From Mantamonas sphyraenae STR306 (lineage: Eukaryota; Protista; CRuMs), in the NCBI GenBank assembly GCA_026936335.1, contig JAPMXV010000033.1:124001-188000 (forward strand): a stretch of DNA of 64,000 nt, in the 5' to 3' direction. Position 1 is the first letter of the stretch. Each line of letters starts with the position of its first letter. Below are positions 24,606 to 37,427 of the stretch, one piece after another. The notes beneath the pieces were generated by a model that searched no databases, was not told where the DNA came from, and worked only from the letters and a program-made list of their open reading frames with translations. The position numbers were made by a program, and so were the translations under genes.

Positions 24606-24902
24606 TACCCCTCTTCCTCCCACTGCGTCTTGATGTCGTACGGCTTCTCATCCACGTCCACCAACCGGTCGCTGTTCTTGCCCTTGATCTCACGCAACGA
24701 AAAGTGTTGCTGGAACTCCTTCATGTTCAGTTTCACAGCCACCTTTTCAAACAGGTCGGCCATTGTCTCATCCTTTGTCACCGGAAAGGATTTGTACCCG
24801 CCATCCTTGAACCAGATGCGCACAATCTTGCGTTCAGACATGGGTTCGTCTGCTGTGTGTGCTGTGTGTGTGCTGTGTGTGTGTGTGTGTGTGTGTGTGT
24901 TT
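24584..24902 (-). pseudogene. Truncated 5' fragment (86 codons, ATG 24841) of the RA-like gene; right copy of the direct repeat
   Basis: Identical protein sequence to ...EGYQIENGYY, then C-stop in element sequence. Confidence 0.9.
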
Positions 24903-24996
24903 CCTCCTCCCTGCTCCAGCCAGCAGCAATCTCTCTCTGTCCCTTTTGGCTCTTCCAGCGCTGCGCCACCAAACCCAATCTCACCACAGCCTCGAC

Positions 24997-27900
24997 ATGG
25001 GCAACGTAGCGTCGTCCACGCTGCGTAACATGGTGGAGCATGAGCTGGGCGTGCATGTGCAGCATGCATGCTTTGGCGAGGCACCCCACGACGCTGGAGA
25101 CTCGGTGGCCTGCCTCCTTGACAGCCAGTTTGACTTGCGTCTGGAGCAACTCACCCAACTCTCCTCCTTTCCCAAACGTCCTCCCGTGCCCATTTCTGGC
25201 TCTCGCGTCGTTGTTCGTGTCCTGCCCAAGCGAACCACCCACACGGCTTCCTCCTCCTCTGCTTCGTCCTCCTCGTCTTCTTCCTCTGCTGCTGACGATG
25301 CAGACGACCTGTCCTATTGGCTTGTCCAACGTCTCACCAGCAGACCTGAACCAAGGTGCGCTTCCTCCGTGTGGTGTTGTCAGCATCCCGCTTGTATACC
25401 GTCCACAGTCTCTCGAACTCCAAACTCGGGCCATTGTTCACGCCAAGCCCTCCCCCAAAGTGTTCCCCACCCCGTTTGCCCCCTTTGCTCACCCACGCCG
25501 CCTCACCCGTCTCCACACGTGTTCCCCACTGCACAGACACCGCGTGTTTCCACCCCCGTTGTCCACACTGGGCCATATGCTCGAGGCTGCAGCCCAGGAA
25601 AACGACTCGGCTGCTGGCGACTCGTCAGGAAAACTCTCTTTGGAGGACTATCTCGCCGAACTGGACTCATACACATCTCGCAACGGGCGTCTCAAGGCGT
25701 CCATGTATCGCAGTCTCACCGACGTGCACACACACGCGTCGTCCAATGGCACCACAGGCGTCCAAGGGTCCGAGGAGGTTGAGGACGACGGCGATCCGCC
25801 GCCGCAGCCAATCCAACCACACACCTCCTTCTCCGCTGCTTTCAGTCGCAGTGTCGACGATCTGCGTGCACACGACGAGCAAGCGGCCACGGGCTTTGAT
25901 CTCAACGAGGACAACCTGTGTGAATTTGTACAAAAGGTGCTGGACGTGCTGTTCACAGACGCCCACGTCGAGTCCATCCGAGTCGACGCAGAGGCCTTTG
26001 TCGAGCCGCAACACACACGCAGTCCCTACGCAAGTCCCATGTCTGCAGCCATGGAGAATGACGACAGTGCCGACGCACGCGCCGATTCACCCCTGGCCTT
26101 GGAAGACGCATCAACATCATCATCATCATCATCACCCGAAGGGATCGGTGACAAGCAGGCGTGGCGCACGTCGTCCTCGTCCTCGTCGCCCATGTTGTCC
26201 TCCAGTCCCATGGAGGCATCGATGGCGTCGTCGCTGATGGAGCAGCTAAGGCGAGATGATGCACAGGATGACATGGCTGCGTTTACGCGCAGGCATGCAA
26301 ATGTCGTGCCATTGTTGCGTGCCTTTGAGACGCCCCAGGCCGTGTATTTGATGAGTCAGTACGTGCCACACACGCTCCAGGACCTGTTTTTGTACATAAC
26401 GCGTCAGAAGATCGAGTCGGATCTGGCGCTGGGCGACTCCAGCAGCACTGCCGTGTTTTCCGATCGTCACGACGACGAAGTGTATCACAACCGCAGTGCC
26501 AAACAGCGTGCGGACGGCGCCTTTAACATTGACGCGCTGCAGAAGCGTTTCGTGGTGTTTCAGCTTGTGCACGCGCTGGATCACCTGCACGCCAACGGCC
26601 TGGCACACGGGGCGTTGCACCCGCGCCATGTGCTCATCAACACCAACCTGTGGGTGTACCTCACAGGCATGCTGTGTCCTGCACACACACGTGTGGCGCC
26701 GTCGTTGTCGCCCTCCGCAGGGGTGGGTGGTGGCAGCAAGGGCGACGTTGCGGACACGCTGGTGATGCGGTGGATCACACGCGAACTCACAAACTACGAA
26801 TATCTGATGGCACTCAACACGCTGGTGGGCAGGCGTTCCGGTGATGCCAACTACCATCCGGTGCTTCCGTGGGTGCTGGACTTTACCTGTTCGCCGCTGG
26901 AGGAGGACAGCGAACGTGTGTGTTCGCCCGACGTGTGCCTGCGTGCCGTGGGCAACCACGACGCACACGTGCTGGCGCAGCCCGAAATGGCCGGGTGGCG
27001 CGATCTGACACGCACCAAGTTTCGTTTGGCAAAGGGCGACGAAATGCTGGACATCACCTTTCACGGACCCAACCCGCACCACGTCAGTGACATCCTGTCT
27101 GAAATCACCTACTACAGCTACATGGCACGTCGCACCCCGGAGGGCGTCTTGCGTCGCTACGTGCGCACCAAGTTCCGACCCGAGGAGTATCCCTCCAGCA
27201 TGGAGCGTATGTACGCCTGGACTCCCGACGAGTGCATCCCAGAGTACTACAACGACCCGTCTGTGTTCTCCTCCATCCATGCCTCCATGGCCGACCTGCA
27301 ATTCCCCGAATGGTGCCACAACGCAGACGACTTTGTGGCCAAGCATCGCGCCGCACTGGAAAGCGATTACGTGAGCAACAACCTGCACCACTGGATCGAC
27401 CTCACCTTTGGCTACAAACTCACCGGCAGCGCTGCCATCCGCGCCAAGAACGTCGTCCTGGTCAGCAACGATCGTCTGCCTCCACGCAACGGCTTTGTAC
27501 AGCTTTTCACACGCCCGCACCCGCAGCGCTTGTCCCGCACCTTTGTTTCCAGCGGCGACTTTCACGAGTACCTCGATCAGGAGATTGCACGCGCAGAGGC
27601 CGACCAGCAGCGACGTGTGAAGCGCGAGCAGGAGGAGGCAGCCGCGGCCGCAGCATCTGCTGCCGCCGCACGGTTGCAGGCCATGAATGAGGCGCAGGCT
27701 CACAGTGGCGAGGGTGACATGGAAACGGCAGAAGGGAAGAGAAAGGCACGCACGCTGAGTGCAAGCAACGTCGCGGGCAACTTTGGCATGATGCTTGCCC
27801 TAGGCGGTGGCGAGGAGAGTGAACAGGTGCGCAGCGAATCGCCTGAACCCATGCTGAACAAGTTGTTTGGCAGCCTGGTGTCCAACAGTAAGGACAAGGA

Positions 27901-30123
27901 CAGGGACGGGCGTGAGAAGCGTGACAGCGACGGTGCGACCGGCAACGCCCTGTCGCTGGCTCTGGGCTTGGGAGGGCACAGCCAAGACAGCAGTGCGAGC
28001 GCAGGCCATTCGCCACACACAGGCGACGGATCGCCAATGCCGTCTCACATGTATGACGACTACAGCGACGGCGGCCTGGGCAGCGCGGGTCAAAGCGTGG
28101 CCAGCAGCGCAAGTGGTTCAGAGAGTGTCATGGGAGGTTCCGCAAACGGTAGTGTGCATGGTGGTGGTGGTGGTGGTGGCGGCGGCGGCGGTGGCGCTGG
28201 AGGAGGTTCGGGGGCTGGAGGAGACTTGGATGGAGGAGGTGCCAGCGGTGGCGTGTCGTCTTCCTCGGGAGGTGGCATGGGTTGGGCAGGCAACAGCATG
28301 GGGGATGGCGACGACGATTCGGTGACATTTGGCGATCCGATTGTGTTGAACCGGTTCGTGCGCAACGAGCATTTTACGATGCAGATTGCACGGCTTGAGG
28401 CGGGGCGCAAGTTTGCTGCCCGCTTCGGCCACATGGCAGCGTGCTACGCCTACCCCGACGGGACGAGTGGCGTTGGTGGTGTGGATGACGACCCAATGAT
28501 GTCGATGGGTGGTGTGGGCGAGGTAGCGGAGCTCTTTCTGTTTAGCAGCGACGAGGACGAGCACGCGTTCAAGACCCTGTGTGCAGACGACCTGTTTGCT
28601 CTGGGCTGCATTGTGGCGCAGCTGTACCTTGGCAGGCCCGTGTTCAACTCACGCACAGTTGCGTTGTATGCAGCAGGCAAGCTGGAGCCCGATCTGAAGG
28701 GATTGCCCAGGCATGTGGCCGAGCTTGTGAATGCGTTGCTGTCGCGCAGGCGTAGCGATCGTCCCACAGCCAAGCAGCTGCTTGCACGCTGCCTGGAGGA
28801 GGACCAACGCTGTACAGAGCTGGACCAATGCCTGTTTCCTGGCTTCTTTGGCATGGTGCACGACTTTCTCTCTGTGTACCACCGGCGTCGCAAGGTGGGT
28901 GACCAGTTGAACCTGACCAAGCAGCGCTTGACGGCATTGCTGCGTCATGTGCCCGTAGAAGGCATGCAGCTCCTGTTGCCGTACCTGATGGTGTTCTTTG
29001 CTCACGAAAAGACGCAGGTGCGCGCGGTGCCGCTCCTGGTGCCCGTAGCACGCAAGCTGGGTCGCCAACTGGCCAACACACACATGCTGCCGTTGCTCAT
29101 CAACCTGTTGCAGCAGTACGAAAACATGGAGTTGCAGCGGGAGCTGCTGGGGTTCGATTACATGCGCAGTCTCATGATCACCTTTGGACGCAAGGCGTTC
29201 ACCAACAAGCTTGTGCCTGTGCTCCTCAACGGTCTCATGCTCACCTCGCGTCACACACACGCCGCACACATTGGCAAAGCCAGCATGCAATTGATTGTGC
29301 GGATGGGCGGCGTGTTGGGTCCTGTGCTCTGTGCCAAGTTCATTGTGTCGCCGCTGCTGAAGCTGATGACCCGCAGCCACGCCACTCGCATCATGTTGAC
29401 GTTGTTGGGTATCGCTCGTCGCATGGACGAGGAGGTGATTGCTGCGCTGTACATGCCGCCCATGTTTGAGCTGTTGCGATCGAACGACACGCGCACAAAG
29501 AACGGATCGCACATTGTGTCGAATGTGCTGGTGTTTGTGCAACACCTGGTGCCCATGCTCAGCCCGGAACAGGTGATGGCATTGTTCATCACGGAGAGCA
29601 CACATCTGTTCCGGCTGCTGCTGAATCCCACCAGCAACAACGAAATCACGGTGCGTCTCGCGGCCACGCTGGCGGTGGTGTGTGAGCGCATCGGGCGCGA
29701 GAAAACACAGGAGCGTGTGTTGCCCTTTATGTCCCAATTCCTCAGCAATTACGTGGAGTTGTACCGCAACGAAGACCTGCCGCAGGAAGATCTGGAGCTG
29801 TTGCGTCAGGTGTACACCCCGGACGTGGCTCTGTTCTTCTACCACAGCTTCTCCACCTTGCTGGGCGCCAAGACACTGGAAAACGAAATCGACGGGTGGA
29901 ATCTGCTCTCTGCCTTCCTGGTGGACTACATGCGGGACAACGACCGCCAAGAGACGCTGGCCAAGTTTGCCTCGCCCATCAGCGAGCAACTGTCCGACCT
30001 GTTGGTGAGTCTCGACAGCGCCGAGATGCGTGTGGCGGATGTGTCGGGCATCGCGGGTGATGAGGACAACGATGGCGATGGCGCTGCGGTGCGATCCAGC
30101 AGCATTGCCTTTGGGATCACCTC

Positions 30124-30155
<32 letters not shown>

Positions 30156-31330
30156 GCGGTGGTGGTCTTGGTGACGGGGACAAACATAGACAGCAGCAAG
30201 TGGGACGCGGTAGGGAACTGTCTGTGGTGTCGGAGATGGCTGTGGTTGAAGAGGAAGGGGCGATGAGCAAGCAAGTGTTGCTGTCGTTGCTTGCAAGCGA
30301 GGCTGGTGACGGAGAGGACGAATACGAAGAGGAAGAGGAGCGAGATGCGTTTGAACGCACAATGATGGACGCACAATGGCGATTCCGTGGGAGGTGTGTG
30401 TACGAGTACCGGTGTCATCACGGAGCGGTGAGGAGTGTGGTGCTGGACGAGGCGGAGCGAGGTTTTGCCACGGGGGGCAAGGACAGCGCGTGTCGTCTGT
30501 GGCGATTGAACCAGGAGAAGCATGTGATGGAGTACAAAGGCCACAAGGGGGCTGTGGTCCAGGTGGACTACCTGAGTGCCCTTGGTAACCGCATGGCATC
30601 CATGGACCACGCCATCCATGTGTGGGACGCCGAAAGTGCCATCCGTGTGGGGTTGCACTCCTCTTCCTCGGGTCTGCTGTGCTTCCAAGCCATGCGCAAC
30701 TCCCACAAGTTTGACCACGTGCTGGCAGCGGCCACTGGGGATGCACGCGTGCGTCTGTTTGACCTGCGTCGTTCCGAACCCTTGTTTGACTGGCGTCTGA
30801 CACACAATCCGCAGTTTGGCGTGCGATGCCTGGCCGTGCAGGAGAGCATGGACATGCTTGCGGCTGGCACCTCCAGTGGTGCCATCAGCCTCCTCGACCG
30901 TCGCACAGGCCTCCTGTATGCCACGTGGCGAGCACACGAAAACGCAATCACTGCCCTGCAGAGTTTTGGGTCACGGTACATTGTCAGTGCCAGCAGTGAT
31001 CGCACCTGTGTGTTGTGGGACGTGGGTTCGGTGACCCCTCGCGCAGTCACCTCCCTCCACGGTCATTCCGAGGCCATTGTGTCTGTGGCTCGTGTGGACA
31101 ACGATCTGTTTGCAGCAGGCCCCTCTCGCATTGGTTTGGGCCGTTTGGCTGTGGACACTCCCATGGAGGTCGGCGGCGGACTTGCCTTGCACCAGGACAT
31201 TGCCACACGCAGACTCGTCGGCGTCGACGGCGTCTCCAAGGTGTCCTCTGTCAACGACATCGACGTCATGGGTCTCCATTCCATGTTGCTTGTGGCCAGC
31301 GATGACGGTGCAGTGCGTGTGTGCGTGTAG
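24997..31330 (+). CDS. WDR81: WDR81-like BEACH/pseudokinase/WD40 protein; intron 25356-25536
   Basis: NYEYLMALNTL.GR, YHPVLPWVLDF, WRDLTRTKFRL.KGD, PHHVSD.LSEITYY, WTPDECIPE, HHWIDLTFGYKL and C-terminal WD40 repeats. Confidence 0.92.
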
Positions 31331-31385
31331 GTGTGCACCCCATCCGCCATTCCATCCACCTCAAACAAACAAACACCACGAACCC

Positions 31386-32963
31386 ATGTTTGCTCGAGTT
31401 TCCCATACCGCGCGTCCCTCGTCCATGGCATTGGCTGCTGCTGTGTCCTCGTCCCGCACATCGTCGGGTGCCACCACCACGACCACCAGCACCACCCGTG
31501 CCATGGGAACCACCGTGCCCCAGGACACCAAGAACACATATGTGGAGTACAACTTTGAGGATGCCCTCAACCTGGACTCGCAGCTGACCGAGGAGGAGCT
31601 CATGGTGAAGGACATGGTGCGTGCCTTTGCCCAGCAGGAGCTCATGCCTCGTGTGAAGGAGGGTTACCGCAACGAATCCTTCGACCCGGCCATCATGACC
31701 GAGCTGGGTGAAATTGGCGTCATGGGTGCCACCATCAAGGGCTATGGCTGCTCAGGCGTCTCTTCCGTCGCCTATGGTCTCATCTCCCGCGAGCTGGAGC
31801 GGTAAGTCGGCCAATCAAGGCTTTCCGAGCGCGGCGTCCAATCAGTCATTTTCCAACTTGCCAGGCACAGACTCCCAACAACACGGCTCACATGCACACA
31901 CACAAACACACAGTGTGGACAGCGGATACCGCTCTGCGATGAGTGTGCAGTCGTCGCTTGTGATGCATCCCATCTATGCGTACGGCAGCGAGGCACACAA
32001 GGAAAAGTACCTTCCCGAGCTGCAGGCCGGACGGCTGGTGGGCGCCTTTGGTCTGACCGAGCCCGATGCAGGCTCAGACCCGGCATCCATGAGCACGTAC
32101 GCCGTCAAGGATGGCGACCGATACATCCTCAACGGCACCAAGACTTGGTGAGTGCATTGCAATGTGCTCTTGGCACAGGGCACCCCGTTTTCCAACGGGC
32201 GTTTTCCGAGGCAAACTCTCCCGAGGCAACTTTTCGGACGACACGCTCACACACGCTCACACACACACACACACACACACACAGGATCACCAACTCGCCG
32301 CTGGCAAATGTGTTTGTGGTGTGGGCAAAGGACACGAGTGATGACAACCGCATCAAGGGTTTTGTGGTGGAGCGAGACTACGGAGGGGTGTCGACACCGC
32401 AGATCAAGGGCAAGCTGAGTTTGCGTGCGTCGCCCACGGGCATGATTGTGCTGGAAGACACGCCGGTGCCATTGGACGGTGTGTTGCCCGGCGTGCACGG
32501 TCTGGCGGGGCCGTTTGGGTGTCTGAACAACGCTCGGTACGGCATCTCCTGGGGTGTGATGGGCGCCGCCGAGTACTGCTTCCACCAGGCACGCACATAC
32601 ACGCTGGAACGCAAGCAATTTGGTCGTCCGCTGGCAGCCAACCAGTTGCCGCAGAAGAAGATGGCTGATATGCAGACAGAGATTGCCCTGGGACTGCAGG
32701 CCTCGCTCCAGGTGGGTCGCCTCAAGGATCAGGGCAAGGCTGCACGTGAAATGATTTCGCTGGTCAAGCGCAACAACTGTGGCAAGGCACTGGACATTGC
32801 ACGCATGGCACGTGACATGCTCGGTGGCAACGGCATCTCCGACGAGTACCACATCATGCGCCACGTTTGCAACCTCGAGACCGTCAACACCTACGAGGGA
32901 GCACACGACGTCCATGCCCTCATCCTTGGACGTGCCATCACGGGCATTCAGGCTTTTCAATGA
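31386..32963 (+). CDS. GCDH: Glutaryl-CoA dehydrogenase (mitochondrial), 3 exons
   Basis: ELER|[26 protein letters not shown]|[18 protein letters not shown] and [20 protein letters not shown]. Confidence 0.97.
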
Positions 32964-33017
32964 GTGAGGGTGCGTCCAAGTGTTGTGTGACGAACAGATG
33001 AATTTTTCAGCAGAAGA

Positions 33018-36000
33018 TCAAAAGCCCCGTCGCCCTCCACGTCGTCGTCCTGTGCTTCGTCCGCTGCTGCCATTGTCCATCTCCTGTACGTCCGAGTCAT
33101 CCACAGGGACCTCTTCGATGTCTCCAAACGCATCACCTTCGCTAAAGTCGTCTGTGATTTCCTCTGTGCTCGCACTCTCCGGCCTGTCGCTTCCCCGACG
33201 TCTTCCACTGCTGCTGCTTGTCATGTTCCCTCCTCGTCGCCTGCCTCGTCGCCTGCCCGATCCAGGCGACCGTGTGGCGGTCGACCCTGGTGTGCTCACG
33301 GGTGACGCCAGGTCGGCCATGCCCGAGGCGGACAATGATGAGGATGATGAAGATGATGAGGATGATGAAGTTGCCCCCTGTGCCAACAGAGTGCGCAGCC
33401 TGTCTGTGCCTGCCATGGACGGAGATCCGAGAACGCCGTCGCCGCCACCCGCACGCTGTGAGGCCATAAACTCCTGTCGGTTGCGACGCAAGGCGTCCAG
33501 GATGTCATTTTTGGAACGCAGTTTGGCCAGAGTGTGGCTTGCAATGAGTCCTTCACTCACGTCGGCCAGCGACTGTGTGCCCATCCCGGCTGCCTTGCGC
33601 TCTTCGTCCTGTTCCATCATGGTGCGGATGCGCTCGCGCAACGACATGTGTCCCGTGCCCCTGTTGGCTCGTTCCATGCGTGCCGTCACCTCCTCGTCCG
33701 TAAACTCGCGCGGTGTGCTGTCTCCAGCCCCAGCAGCGGCGGCTGAGTGTGTGGCGTGGCCCGACCTGTCCCCACCACGCCTGCGCCCACCACCACCGCC
33801 GCTCTTGCCCTTTGCCTCCGGAATCACACTCGTGGCATCCGTTTTCAGGTTGTACTGTGTCATCAGCGACGCCATCTTGGCTTGCAGCGCACGCTGCTTG
33901 CGATCCTCGTCCGTCTCCTCCTCCATGTGGTGGTCACCGGCACCGGCCACTCCTGCACCACCGTCGCCCGCGGGTCCGGTTTGACCCGTCTGTTGGCTGC
34001 CCGCCACACTGGGACCGCGCCGCTGTAGCTGCAGGGGGGTGTCTGGCTTCTTGGCAAAGTTGAGGATGCTGATGGGTTGGTCGAGGGACATGGAACACAC
34101 GGCCACAATGTTGTCCTTGGGATGCCACACGGCGTCTGTGACGGGTGCCTTGTACCGCAGAAGCATGGTTTGCACACGCCTGCCCGTGTCTGTGTTCCAC
34201 AACACGGCGTTGCCATCCTCGCTACCGGTCACCATCAACGTGCCCTCGGGACTCATGTCTCCGCGCACTCGGTACCTGTAGTTCTGGTGGCCGTCAAAGA
34301 TGCGCATGACATGGAAACCCGAACGGATGTCCACCACGCGCACCTGGTTGTCGCGCGAGTGGACCATCAGCCGCTTGTCCCCTGCAAAGAAGCGCACCTG
34401 ATTGATGGGGTTGCCCGGCAGTGCAGGCAACGCCACCGTCTGGATGCCCTCCCACCTGCGCACGTTCACCTGTCCACTTGTGCGACAACTCCACACACGC
34501 ATCATCCCGTCGCCGTCGGCACTCACCAGCCGCGACCCGTCGTGTGAGAAAGCCACGCTGTTCACGTGACTCTTGTGTCCGCGCAGCTTGGCCACCATTG
34601 TGCGTTCGTATGCGTCCCACACAACCACCTGCTTGCTGTAGGTGCCCGTCGCCACCAGCATGCTCGTACGCGTGCCACTCGGACGAAATTGTGCCGTGTA
34701 CACGAACGACGTGTGGTGCAGGTTGCGAAACGCCTCCACCAATCCCATCCCATTGCCTCCTCCTCCACTCGTCGTGCTTTCTGTGTCTGCACTTGTGATG
34801 CGTTCCCGAGAACTTCCCTCACCACCTCCTTCCTCCTCCTCTTCCCCTTCCTCCTCCTCATGATCGTGATCGTGATCGAGGTCGTCATCGTGGCCATCGT
34901 CCCCCTCTGTGGCCTTTCCCTTTCCCTTGCGTCGCCTCCTGCGTGTGCGTGTGTGTGCGTCACCACCCACACCAGCGCCATCGTCCTCGTCCACCCCGTC
35001 TTTGTCGATCTGCTCTTGCTCCTGCACATGTTGTTTGCGCTGGTGCTGTTGCTTGCGATGTGCACGCGAGCGCGAACGGGATCGCACACGTGCACTCTCC
35101 ATGTCGCCTGCGTCTGCAGCAGCGTCCAGGGCCGCGAGCAGCTCCCGTTCCGCGCGCCCGTTGCTCATGGCCACGCTCCACACCATGCACGTGTTATCCG
35201 AACTGGCCGACGCCAGAAAACAGTCGTCGGAGGACCAGGACAGCTCGTACACGAGGTCGTGGTGGCCGTTCAGCGTGCGCAACAGCTTGCCCGTCACCAC
35301 ATCCCAAATGCGAATCGGAAACGCCTCATCGTCCACACACGCCCCCGCAAGCAGCCGTCCGCTGTGCGAGAATGCAAGTGTGAAGCAGCCGCGCGACGCC
35401 GTAGCCAGCCGTCGCTGCACGTTGTTGGGTGGTTTCGACGGCTCGTTGGGCAACTTGCTCCACACGTGCTCCGCGACGCCTCCGCTGCCGTCGCCACTGC
35501 CGTCTGCACCCTGTCCAATACCCTTTCCCACGCCGTCGCCCAGCTCGCCTTCCAGCAGTGGATTGCCCCTGCGTGTCTTCATCTGCGCCAGCGTGAAGCG
35601 GCCGGCTTCGCGTTCAAACGGATTGCTCGGGTGTGCGTGCACACGCCTGCTCTCGGGCGTCTCCTTGGCCATGAACGACACAAACAGGGTGGATGGGTAC
35701 CGTGTGCGTGCGTGTGTGTCTCGCCAGGCCCAGTACGCACGCGGCACCGCCTTGGAGCTGATGGCGGGTTCCTTCTGTTTCAGCACCTTGCGAGGGTAGC
35801 GGTACAGTTGCAGGCGAGCCTCACGCTCCGTGTTGGCCACCCCAATGTTGGCCACAGGCTTGAAGAAGCCCCAGGCCACGTGGTACCACGCCTCACCCGA
35901 CGAGGTGGAGCCCACTCCGACGCCTGCAAAGTCCAGCAGCTCAAACAGCACCAACACGTTGGGCTGCAGGAACCACAGGTAGTCTTCGTTCAACACAAAC

Positions 36001-37406
36001 TCCTCACGCCATTTGGGTGCATACGTGCGCTTGCCCTTGAACGGAAACGGCTTTGTCATCATCGGAAGGATAAACTCGACTCGGCGACTGCTTGCGGCCA
36101 ACTTGGCGCCCTGTTCCGTGCCCCTGCTCCCTCGTTTGTCACTTCTTGTGGATGAAGAGGAGGAGGAGGAGGAGGAGGAGGAGGACCCTGCGCCTGCGGA
36201 TGCCTTGTCCATCACCGTGCCGTCTTCAAACTGAGTGACCACATTGCGTTCAGGCACACTCTTGCGCAGGTACGTGCCCGTCTCCGCGTCCACAAAGTGT
36301 ACCCTCACCAGCGGTTGTGTCACCTTGAGGTCCGGTTGCAGGCGGTCTGCACGCGACACAAACAAACTCAGGATTTGGCCCTCAAACTCGTGCAGATCGC
36401 GACCGGGAAACAACTTGTTGCCTCCACGGCCAAGTTGTGTGGCCATGGGTTGGTTCAGCGAGCGGCGGAGGGACCCAAACGCACTTGCGTGGTCTTCTGT
36501 CTCGTCTCCTTCGTCCTCCTCGTCTCCTTCGTCCTGGGCGAGTGCGTCGACATCCTCGTCGTCATTCACCTGATTTCGAGCAAACACGCCCACGCCTTGA
36601 TCCTCCTCAGGCACTTCCTGTTGATCTTCATACACCCCAGCCTCGTCCTGCTCCGCACCGTCCCCCATATCCACCCACTCGCCCGTGTGTGGGTGTGTGT
36701 AACCGCCCTGGTAGCCCTGGTCGTCGTACACAACGAAATGGTCTTCCAGGTCGGGCGGGTAGAACCCGTTGAGCGGGAAGCCCTCGTCGTCCAGAACCAC
36801 CCAATTTCCAAACTCGTCGTAGATGCCATCCTCCTCGCTTGCTGCCACGAATTCGCCCGTGTACAGATAGTATCCTGTTTCGCCGTCGTCGACGCCGTCC
36901 CATTCTTCCTGCGCGCCAGAATCCGGTAACGGCTCCTCTCGCGCAGCCCCCTGCTGGGCGTATGCGTCTGTGTCATTGTAGTGTGGCTGTTCCATGCCTT
37001 GCCCATCGTATGTATCGTCGTACATGTCCTCCTGAGCCGCAAATGTTTCTGCATGTGTGCTTGGGGCGTCGTCCACCATCTTTGTCTTCTCCGACGCTCC
37101 TGGGCGAGACACCTCGCGCAGCGGGGCGAGCCCTTTGCCGCCGCGTTTGCTTCTCAAGGTGCTGTTGCTGCTGTACATGTCATCACTGCTCTGTCCTTCC
37201 ACGTCTGCCTGTTGTGTGTCGTCTTTCGTCTCGTCCAGAGGTGTAGCCGAGCCCAGTGTGCGCACGCGGTCGCGTCGTCGCCTCGCTGAGCCACGGTCGT
37301 CCAGCGGCGCCAACGAAGGCAGTGTCGAGGAGGAGCCCCGTGCATTAGATGATGGTGATGATGATGAGGGTGTGCCCAATGCAGGCAGCCTTCCGCGGCG
37401 ATCCAT
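33018..37406 (-). CDS. AHI1: Jouberin/AHI1-like ciliary transition-zone protein (C2 + WD40; no SH3 seen)
   Basis: PLVRVHFVD..TG.YLRKS, LPMMTKPF.F, PKW.EEFVLNE, LFELLDF, AWGF.K, RLQLY and YPSTL, then WD40 repeats (GHHDLVYELSWS, LHHTSFVYTAQF). Confidence 0.85.
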   Translation of the reverse strand: MDRRGRLPALGTPSSSSPSSNARGSSSTLPSLAPLDDRGSARRRRDRVRTLGSATPLDETKDDTQQADVEGQSSDDMYSSNSTLRSKRGGKGLAPLREVSRPGASEKTKMVDDAPSTHAETFAAQEDMYDDTYDGQGMEQPHYNDTDAYAQQGAAREEPLPDSGAQEEWDGVDDGETGYYLYTGEFVAASEEDGIYDEFGNWVVLDDEGFPLNGFYPPDLEDHFVVYDDQGYQGGYTHPHTGEWVDMGDGAEQDEAGVYEDQQEVPEEDQGVGVFARNQVNDDEDVDALAQDEGDEEDEGDETEDHASAFGSLRRSLNQPMATQLGRGGNKLFPGRDLHEFEGQILSLFVSRADRLQPDLKVTQPLVRVHFVDAETGTYLRKSVPERNVVTQFEDGTVMDKASAGAGSSSSSSSSSSSSTRSDKRGSRGTEQGAKLAASSRRVEFILPMMTKPFPFKGKRTYAPKWREEFVLNEDYLWFLQPNVLVLFELLDFAGVGVGSTSSGEAWYHVAWGFFKPVANIGVANTEREARLQLYRYPRKVLKQKEPAISSKAVPRAYWAWRDTHARTRYPSTLFVSFMAKETPESRRVHAHPSNPFEREAGRFTLAQMKTRRGNPLLEGELGDGVGKGIGQGADGSGDGSGGVAEHVWSKLPNEPSKPPNNVQRRLATASRGCFTLAFSHSGRLLAGACVDDEAFPIRIWDVVTGKLLRTLNGHHDLVYELSWSSDDCFLASASSDNTCMVWSVAMSNGRAERELLAALDAAADAGDMESARVRSRSRSRAHRKQQHQRKQHVQEQEQIDKDGVDEDDGAGVGGDAHTRTRRRRRKGKGKATEGDDGHDDDLDHDHDHEEEEGEEEEEGGGEGSSRERITSADTESTTSGGGGNGMGLVEAFRNLHHTSFVYTAQFRPSGTRTSMLVATGTYSKQVVVWDAYERTMVAKLRGHKSHVNSVAFSHDGSRLVSADGDGMMRVWSCRTSGQVNVRRWEGIQTVALPALPGNPINQVRFFAGDKRLMVHSRDNQVRVVDIRSGFHVMRIFDGHQNYRYRVRGDMSPEGTLMVTGSEDGNAVLWNTDTGRRVQTMLLRYKAPVTDAVWHPKDNIVAVCSMSLDQPISILNFAKKPDTPLQLQRRGPSVAGSQQTGQTGPAGDGGAGVAGAGDHHMEEETDEDRKQRALQAKMASLMTQYNLKTDATSVIPEAKGKSGGGGGRRRGGDRSGHATHSAAAAGAGDSTPREFTDEEVTARMERANRGTGHMSLRERIRTMMEQDEERKAAGMGTQSLADVSEGLIASHTLAKLRSKNDILDALRRNRQEFMASQRAGGGDGVLGSPSMAGTDRLRTLLAQGATSSSSSSSSSSSLSASGMADLASPVSTPGSTATRSPGSGRRRGRRRGGNMTSSSSGRRRGSDRPESASTEEITDDFSEGDAFGDIEEVPVDDSDVQEMDNGSSGRSTGRRRGGRRGF

Positions 37407-37427
37407 TTTGTTGGCAGGGTCCGAGAA

